From: Pseudobdellovibrionaceae bacterium
Lineage (GTDB): Bacteria > Bdellovibrionota > Bdellovibrionia > Bdellovibrionales > Bdellovibrionaceae
Assembly: GCA_041288045.1 (NCBI GenBank)
Contig: JBGGMM010000026.1
Span: 1 to 13,779 of the forward strand
Direction of reading: 5' to 3'
DNA length: 13,779 nucleotides
In this document: piece by piece, positions 1-5,636 of the stretch
Layout: every line of letters begins with the position of its first letter
Position numbering within the stretch: the first letter of the stretch is position 1
Made by a program: the position numbers and the translations under genes
The notes under the pieces: model-generated
What the model saw: only the letters and a program-made list of their open reading frames with translations
What the model was told of the DNA's origin: nothing
Databases searched by the model: none

Positions 1-218
1 TGAGAGTGGCAACGGTAACAGTGATTTGTATCGCTGAGAATCGGATGATAAGTCGTCGAATAGATATCTTTCAGTGCAGCTTCGCAGAGGCCAAAGGCAG
101 CATAGTCAGCTTGGATTCCTTTTTTGGAATCAAATCCCAAGCGACCACAGTTCTGAAAAAAGAGGATGAGGCTCGTTGCTAAGGCAACGAGCCCCAGCTT
201 CCGCAATTTCGAGCGCAT
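1..218 (-). CDS. Putative lipoprotein c-type cytochrome, 5' part only (runs off the window edge)
   Basis: Manual translation from ATG at 218: MRSKLRKLGLVALATSLILFFQNCGRLGFDSKKGIQADYAAFGLCEAALKDIYSTTYHPILSDTNHCYRCHS. It has a basic n-region, a hydrophobic h-region, a lipobox-like FQNC (Cys24, nt 147-149) and a CxxCH heme motif CYRCH (nt 6-20). An AGGAG SD lies upstream. Not in the ORF track because it is truncated. Confidence 0.8.
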   Translation of the reverse strand, partial: MRSKLRKLGLVALATSLILFFQNCGRLGFDSKKGIQADYAAFGLCEAALKDIYSTTYHPILSDTNHCYRCHS

Positions 219-228
219 GATCTTTCTC

Positions 229-328
229 TCCTGTCCTCAATTATAACTGAGGCCTTTCCAGGAATCGAGTAAAGTGAAGATCAGCTTTGGAAAGCCAGAC
301 CAATAACCGAACTGTTATGAGGACAGGA
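229..328 (-). promoter_or_regulatory. Structured leader / nested inverted repeats upstream of the cytochrome gene
   Basis: Perfect 11-bp inverted repeat TCCTGTCCTCA (229-239) / TGAGGACAGGA (318-328), an inner CTTTCCA/TGGAAAG pair (254-260 / 288-294), and a competing palindrome CCTCA-ATTATAAC-TGAGG (235-252). The proximal arm overlaps the SD. A minus-strand TATAAT lies at 240-245. Confidence 0.45.
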
Positions 329-335
329 CCTAGGT

Positions 336-361
336 TGAGAGGGGGTTTCTCATTTTGAGAC
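336..361. repeat. TGAGA/TCTCA half-site cluster including palindrome TCTCA-TTT-TGAGA
   Basis: TGAGA (336-340), TCTCA (348-352) and TGAGA (356-360) lie just downstream of the response regulator stop. Function unknown (operator or small hairpin). Confidence 0.35.
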
Positions 362-383
362 AAATCCGCAGAGGTCTTTAAAA

Positions 384-887
384 TTAAGAACCAGGGGCGA
401 TTTTCAAAAGCGTATTGACTGTCTTTTTCATTTTTTCGATTTCAAATGGCTTTTTGATGAAATCATCAGCGCCGATTTCGAAAGCTCGTTTAATATCTTC
501 ATCGCTGGTTTTTCCGGAAACAAAGATCAGAGGGATTTTTTTGAGCTCTTTGTGCTCTTTCAGCATTTGAGCCAATTCAAATCCGTTCAGCCAGGGAAGT
601 CCAATGTCCATCAGGATTAAATCAGGGGATGTATCATCCAAGGCCATAGAAAGCTCAGTGCCGTCAGCAGCCAGTCGAACAATGAAGCCATCCATTTCAA
701 AAATCTTTTTCATGGCTGCTCGCATGGTTTCGTCGTCTTCGATGACCAGAATGGTTTTGGGTTCCGCTTTATTTTTAAGATCGCGAAAATTTTGAAGCTC
801 AACGACTTCGCCGCTGGCCATTCGAGCTTTGGCCAGTCTTTCGATTTTAGAAATCAAATCCGAAGCATTGATCTTCTTTTTTGCCAT
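384..887 (-). CDS. Single-domain response regulator (REC) with ~43-aa N-terminal extension
   Basis: ILVIEDD acidic pocket, LILMDIGLP phospho-Asp, FVSG and KKPF motifs, with no output domain. ATG is 1 nt after the trxB stop. Confidence 0.9.
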   Translation of the reverse strand: MAKKKINASDLISKIERLAKARMASGEVVELQNFRDLKNKAEPKTILVIEDDETMRAAMKKIFEMDGFIVRLAADGTELSMALDDTSPDLILMDIGLPWLNGFELAQMLKEHKELKKIPLIFVSGKTSDEDIKRAFEIGADDFIKKPFEIEKMKKTVNTLLKIAPGS

Positions 888-888
888 A

Positions 889-1827
889 TTATGCGTTTTG
901 TCCCTCTAACCATCTTTCCGCATCTATGGCCGCCATGCAACCAGTACCAGCAGCCGTGATGGCTTGTCGGTACACATGGTCCTGAACATCGCCTGCCGCA
1001 AAAACACCCTCGATGTTGGTGTAGGTCGAATTGGGCTTAGTGACGATGTAACCAGTTTCGTTGAGGTCCAGCCAGTCCTTAAAGATATCCGTATTGGGCT
1101 TATGCCCAATCGCCATGAAAAGACCCTGTAGTGCTTTTTCTTTTTTCTCGCCATTGACCAGATTGTGCAAAACCACTCCGGTCATGGATTTGTCATCTCC
1201 CAAAACTTCGACAACTTCGGTGTTCCAGATGACTTCGATTTTTGGGTTTTTCAATGTTCGATCCGCCATGATCTTGGAAGCACGGAAAGAATCACGACGA
1301 TGAATCACATAAACTTTTGAAGCAAAGCGAGTGAGAAAATTCGCTTCTTCCATAGCCGTGTCACCGCCGCCAATGACGCCGACTTCGACCCCTTTAAAGA
1401 AAGCGCCGTCACAAGTCGCACAGGCAGAAACTCCGCGATTGGCATATTTTCGTTCAGACGCCAATCCCAACCATTTAGCCGAAGCGCCGGTTGTGATGAT
1501 AACTGTGTGAGCTTGGTACATGTCTTTACCGACCCAGATTTTAAATGGGCGAGTTGAGAAATCGACTTTGGAAACATTGCGAGTGATAAAGCGAGTTCCA
1601 AATTTTTCAGCCTGCTGTCTCATGACCGCAACCAAATCAGGTCCCGCAACACCTTTGGCAAACCCCGGGTAATTTTCAACATCTGTGGTGATCATAAGCT
1701 GGCCGCCGGCCTCTTCACCTTCGATCATCAAAGGTCGTAAATTCGCGCGAGCCGCATAAATGGCCGCTGTCAGCCCAGCTGGGCCAGAACCAATAATTAG
1801 AACTTTTTCTACTTGAATGTCTGTCAT
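889..1827 (-). CDS. trxB: Thioredoxin-disulfide reductase
   Basis: GSGPAG FAD-binding motif, CATCD redox motif, GGGDTA NADPH motif, HRRDSFRA, GVFAAGDV..YRQAITAAGTG; 312 aa. Confidence 0.97.
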   Translation of the reverse strand: MTDIQVEKVLIIGSGPAGLTAAIYAARANLRPLMIEGEEAGGQLMITTDVENYPGFAKGVAGPDLVAVMRQQAEKFGTRFITRNVSKVDFSTRPFKIWVGKDMYQAHTVIITTGASAKWLGLASERKYANRGVSACATCDGAFFKGVEVGVIGGGDTAMEEANFLTRFASKVYVIHRRDSFRASKIMADRTLKNPKIEVIWNTEVVEVLGDDKSMTGVVLHNLVNGEKKEKALQGLFMAIGHKPNTDIFKDWLDLNETGYIVTKPNSTYTNIEGVFAAGDVQDHVYRQAITAAGTGCMAAIDAERWLEGQNA

Positions 1828-2492
1828 GGTGAAGACTTTAAAACAAAGTGCTTATTGGCGTCATCTGCATTGTGAATTGAGGCCCAGAGCATCTCTGCCA
1901 CTTCATTCGGCGATTTCACCCAACCCGCTTGTTGACGCGGCCAAGCATTGGCCGGCAGAAGATCCGTATCCATATAACCCGGGCTAAAAAGCCGCAGGTC
2001 AAAGCCAGGTTTTTGTTCTTTCTGAATAGATGTGATCAATCCGCGAAGGGCATGCTTTGCAGCACAATAACTGCTCGCCCGAGAGTCCGCTTCGGATTCA
2101 GCAATCGAGGAGCCAATCACGACGAATTGCTGAAGAGCTTGGGGATCTCTTAAAAATTGATGCAGTAGAAAAGCCGGAAATTCAAAGCTGACCCTGAAAG
2201 ACCATTTGTGATCTTTCCAATTTTTTTCCTGAAACAATCCAAAAGGGCCGCCACCAGCAAAATAAAAAATCCGAGTGGGTCGAAGAGATCGGATTTTCTC
2301 CAGTAAAGAAAGCCAATTTTCCTCTCGAGAAAAATCAGAGGATTCAAATTCGACAGCATCAGGTAAGGATTCAAATTTTCGAGAGAATGTAAAAATCCGA
2401 GGCAAATTCGAAGAAGCCAATGCTTTTTGCAGAAACTGCCGGCCCAGTCCTCGAGAAGCTCCTAATAAGATCCAAGTTTCAGGTCCTGACAT
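1824..2492 (-). CDS. Short-chain dehydrogenase/reductase (SDR)
   Basis: GASRGLG Rossmann motif, catalytic Ser (GSS), YCAAK (YxxxK) and SPGYMDT. Start set to ATG at 2492 (TGATG overlap with the ferredoxin stop) rather than TTG at 2498. The stop overlaps the trxB start (ATGA). Confidence 0.85.
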   Translation of the reverse strand: MSGPETWILLGASRGLGRQFLQKALASSNLPRIFTFSRKFESLPDAVEFESSDFSREENWLSLLEKIRSLRPTRIFYFAGGGPFGLFQEKNWKDHKWSFRVSFEFPAFLLHQFLRDPQALQQFVVIGSSIAESEADSRASSYCAAKHALRGLITSIQKEQKPGFDLRLFSPGYMDTDLLPANAWPRQQAGWVKSPNEVAEMLWASIHNADDANKHFVLKSSP

Positions 2493-2782
2493 CACCAATA
2501 ACCTGCGTCGATTTCAATATCCCCTAGAACATAGCTCTGACAGCTGATTCTTTGACCGCTTTTGAGTTGAAATTTCTCTTTCAGAAAAATTTCTGTTTCA
2601 TTGGCTTGAGAAAGGTTCTCGGCTCCCTTGGTGATTTGCAGTCGGCATTTGGCACACACGCCGTCGCCATGACAGCTGGAAGCCACAGGAATGTCGTTTT
2701 CCAAAAGCACAGTCATCAAATTCACACCTGGAATGACTTTCAAAGATTCCCGATGCTTTTTTGCGAAACTGATCACAGGCAT
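2492..2782 (-). CDS. [2Fe-2S] ferredoxin
   Basis: CHGDGVCAKC (Cx5Cx2C) plus distal RISCQ cysteine; 96 aa. Confidence 0.9.
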   Translation of the reverse strand: MPVISFAKKHRESLKVIPGVNLMTVLLENDIPVASSCHGDGVCAKCRLQITKGAENLSQANETEIFLKEKFQLKSGQRISCQSYVLGDIEIDAGYW

Positions 2783-2785
2783 GGA

Positions 2786-3487
2786 TTAAACCTTTTGCAA
2801 TCGAACAAAATTGATTTCAATTCCCTGGCGCATGAAAATGCTTTCAAACTGAGTGATAAAATTTTCTTTGGCCATTTCTGTCTGGTGCAGATTTGTCGTC
2901 TCAAAAATGATTTTATATTTGGACACTCGAATCTGCTCCATGGACCACAAAAAATACTCTCGACTGTCAGTTTTAAAATTCAAGAAAGATCCCGGCCTTT
3001 GCAGACCCCATAGAAGATCCAAAACCCGAGAATTAACGAAGCGGTTTTTGGGCTTCCGAGGAGTCACCCACGGATCCGGGAAATGAATGAAAACATCGTT
3101 GATCTCAAGAGGCTCAAAGAGCAAATCGACATTCATTGCATGATAACGGCAGATCCTTGCATTTTGAGCGCCTTTTTTTAAACAGCCGCGAATGCTTTGA
3201 ATCAGAGGTTTGTACTTGAGCTCCAAGCCCACCAATCGCCGATCTGGATTTTTTAAAGCATGATGTTGAAAGTGAGTGCCATTGCCAGTGCCAATTTCTA
3301 AATCGATCGGAGTTTCCATCGGCACCTGGAAAATGTCGGATCGCCATTTGCCTCGCCCCAGAGGAGCTCTTTCTTCATTGAAAGCGAAATCCCGAAATTC
3401 GCCGTCAATTCCCGCTGTGTAATAATTGGGAATTTTCAAATTTCTGGTGAGGCTGACTCGCGGGCGCTTGAATTCGCTATTTTCCAT
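2786..3487 (-). CDS. trmB: tRNA (guanine-N7)-methyltransferase
   Basis: DLEIGTGNG SAM motif, VGLE, IHFPDPW, FKTD..EY and C-terminal TQFE. ATG at 3487 (overlapping the CDF end, with GGTGG upstream) preferred over GTG at 3502. Confidence 0.88.
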   Translation of the reverse strand: MENSEFKRPRVSLTRNLKIPNYYTAGIDGEFRDFAFNEERAPLGRGKWRSDIFQVPMETPIDLEIGTGNGTHFQHHALKNPDRRLVGLELKYKPLIQSIRGCLKKGAQNARICRYHAMNVDLLFEPLEINDVFIHFPDPWVTPRKPKNRFVNSRVLDLLWGLQRPGSFLNFKTDSREYFLWSMEQIRVSKYKIIFETTNLHQTEMAKENFITQFESIFMRQGIEINFVRLQKV

Positions 3488-4484
3488 CTGGTTTCGGTCC
3501 ACCGATTAAATGTTCAGTTGAAAAAATTTTGGGCGACTCAAATTTTCTGAGTCGGATTGGGCAATCCGGCATTTCGCAATGCGAGCAGTATTTTCTTTCA
3601 CAGGGATCGACGTGAAAGGCAATCTCTCCATCAAAGGGATAGGTGTCCACCACACTTCTTTCAAATTCACCGGCCAGTGAATGAGTTTTAGCCACATCCC
3701 AAAACTCGGGAACGACAAGATGCCCATCAATGTGATGAAAGTGACCTGAGCGAATCACTTTTAAATTGTGAATATCAATCACCCAAGGTTTTTTGTGTTT
3801 TTGAAATGCTTCCGTGAGCTCCTTGAGAGATTCCGGCTCAATTTCATCCATCAAAGCGCCACCGGATTTACGCACGATTTTGTATCCGGAGTAACCCAAC
3901 TGAGCAGCCACCAAAAGAGCGACCAAAGGATCGATCCAATAAATGTTGGTCATGGAAACAATCAGCAAACCAATCACGACACCAATCGTGGTCCAAACAT
4001 CCGAAAGCACATGCTCGCCACTGGCAGATAGAGCTTCTGATTTAAATTTTTTGCCGACTCGTTTTAAGTGCAGACCCAAAAGCAGGTTCAAAACCGCAGT
4101 TCCCACCATGATAAAAGCACCGCGATCCAACTGGTGCAAAGCTTCGCCACGAAAAAGCGCCCGAACCGCTTCATTGGCAATCGCTAATGAGGCAAAGGCA
4201 ATCAAACCACCTTCAAAAGCAGCTGAAAAGTACTCGAGCTTTCCATGTCCATAGGGATGATCTTCATCGGCGGGACGAGCCACCACTCGGATCACAAACA
4301 CAGCCACAAAAGCTGCAATCACATTGACGATACTTTCAACAGCATCGGAAAGCACAGCTGTTGAATGTGTGAGCTCAAAAGCAGCAAATTTGCCGGCCAT
4401 GATCAAAGTGCTCAGCACCAGGGACAACCAGGAAGCTCGGGCTGTCACCTTTTCTCGGGCTGGAAATGTGGGATTGGACTGCAT
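3477..4484 (-). CDS. Cation diffusion facilitator (CDF) metal exporter with Cys-rich C-terminal tail
   Basis: STAVLSDAVES, PADEDHPYGHGKLEY CDF signature, HVLSD in TM5, IDP in TM6, and a cytosolic domain with IHNL..HIDGH..HVDP followed by Cx4Cx2Cx4C. Confidence 0.93.
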   Translation of the reverse strand: MQSNPTFPAREKVTARASWLSLVLSTLIMAGKFAAFELTHSTAVLSDAVESIVNVIAAFVAVFVIRVVARPADEDHPYGHGKLEYFSAAFEGGLIAFASLAIANEAVRALFRGEALHQLDRGAFIMVGTAVLNLLLGLHLKRVGKKFKSEALSASGEHVLSDVWTTIGVVIGLLIVSMTNIYWIDPLVALLVAAQLGYSGYKIVRKSGGALMDEIEPESLKELTEAFQKHKKPWVIDIHNLKVIRSGHFHHIDGHLVVPEFWDVAKTHSLAGEFERSVVDTYPFDGEIAFHVDPCERKYCSHCEMPDCPIRLRKFESPKIFSTEHLIGGPKPDGK

Positions 4485-4527
4485 ATCCAGTTTCTAAAGG
4501 CTGTTTTTAGAGGGAGCAAGCGCAAAC

Positions 4528-5520
4528 TCAGCCAACTGCTTTTTTCTTCAGAGGAAGGGTCTCAGTTTCTGCAATTTTTTGAATTTCAATGGATTTGACA
4601 CAGTTTCGACCGCCCCGCTTGGCCTCATAAAGAGCGTGGTCTGCAGTTCGGACAAGTCCCCTGGCATCTGTGCTGCCATCGCCTGGCGGAGTGATCGCAA
4701 AACCAATGCTACAGGTCAGATCGATTTCATCTTTTCCACTTTTGAAATGATAATTGCCAATTGTGAGTCGAAGTCTTTCACAAAATTTCGCAGCTCCCTC
4801 GGCATTGGTTTCAGTGAGAATCATCAGAAACTCATCTCCACCATAGCGGGCCCCAAGATCAATATTTCGAATGCTTCGACGAATGATCGCACCCACTTCA
4901 GAAAGGACGAAACTGCCAAACAAGTGGTCATGGCCATCGTTCACAGTTTTGAAATAATCCATATCCATCATCACGACACAGACTTGACGATTGAATCGAC
5001 GGGCTCTCTGGATTTCGGATTCGACTCTTTGGTAAACGGAGCGCATGTTATAAAGGCCAGTGAGATCATCAGTGTCCACCAACTCTTTCAGGCGATCGTT
5101 GGCGGACCGAAGTTGATCATTCAAATCTTTGATACGAAGCTGTGTTCGTACCCGAGCCAAAAGCTCCAGCGGATCGAATGGCTTTGGAATGTAATCATCG
5201 GCCCCCGAATCCAAACCTTCAATGACATGCTCGGTGCTTGTGTTTCCGGAAATAAACATCACCGAGACGTAGTCTTCTTTTTGCCGAAGGTCGCGCAGTG
5301 TTTCGATTCCGTTCATTCCGGGCATATTGACGTCCAAGAGAATCAAATCAGGGCTCCAGCGTTGGATCAAATCCAAACCCTCAGGCCCTGAAATGGCCGT
5401 CTGCACGTGATATCCATCCCAACGAAGCGCTTCAGCAATGATCGAAAGACTATCGGGATCATCATCCACCACGAGAATGCGGCGATCTTTCGGCTCAATT
5501 TTTCTGTACTCGAGTTTCAT
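4528..5520 (-). CDS. REC-GGDEF dinucleotide cyclase, Hypr type (predicted 3',3'-cGAMP / c-di-GMP synthase; Bd0367/DgcA-GacA-like)
   Basis: REC domain (VVDDD, LLDVNMP, KPF), coiled linker, DDLTGLYN, DMDYFKTVNDGHDHLFGS, RNID I-site and RYGGDEF. ATG at 5520 preferred because the extension to 5610 looks non-coding and invades the divergent promoter region. Confidence 0.92.
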   Translation of the reverse strand: MKLEYRKIEPKDRRILVVDDDPDSLSIIAEALRWDGYHVQTAISGPEGLDLIQRWSPDLILLDVNMPGMNGIETLRDLRQKEDYVSVMFISGNTSTEHVIEGLDSGADDYIPKPFDPLELLARVRTQLRIKDLNDQLRSANDRLKELVDTDDLTGLYNMRSVYQRVESEIQRARRFNRQVCVVMMDMDYFKTVNDGHDHLFGSFVLSEVGAIIRRSIRNIDLGARYGGDEFLMILTETNAEGAAKFCERLRLTIGNYHFKSGKDEIDLTCSIGFAITPPGDGSTDARGLVRTADHALYEAKRGGRNCVKSIEIQKIAETETLPLKKKAVG

Positions 5521-5636
5521 CTCTTTTAGATTACCGAAAAGCCTGGCGCTGAGCGAGAGGGCCAAGCCCGGATCTGGCCCTTTTTCCAAGCAAAAAACTA
5601 CACAAACCAAAGGACAGCGGCTAAAGTCCGTAAGCT
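5521..5636. promoter_or_regulatory. Divergent promoter region between the GGDEF operon and leuS
   Basis: 116-bp gap between head-to-head genes. Individual promoter elements were not confidently identified. Confidence 0.5.

Noticed and set aside
267..320. GEMM-I / GEMM-Ib (c-di-GMP or cGAMP) riboswitch suggested by plus-strand GAGTAAA...GGAAAGCC
   Set aside because: Wrong strand for the downstream gene, and no GNRA-capped P2 or recognisable tetraloop receptor.
229..328. MITE with 11-bp terminal inverted repeats
   Set aside because: No target-site duplication, single copy in the window, and one arm supplies the gene's SD.
4579..5391. 270-aa plus-strand ORF
   Set aside because: Entirely antisense to the well-supported REC-GGDEF gene and has no recognisable motifs.
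5521..5610. 30-aa N-terminal extension of the GGDEF ORF
   Set aside because: Non-ATG start, no domain-like sequence, and it would leave only 26 bp before leuS.
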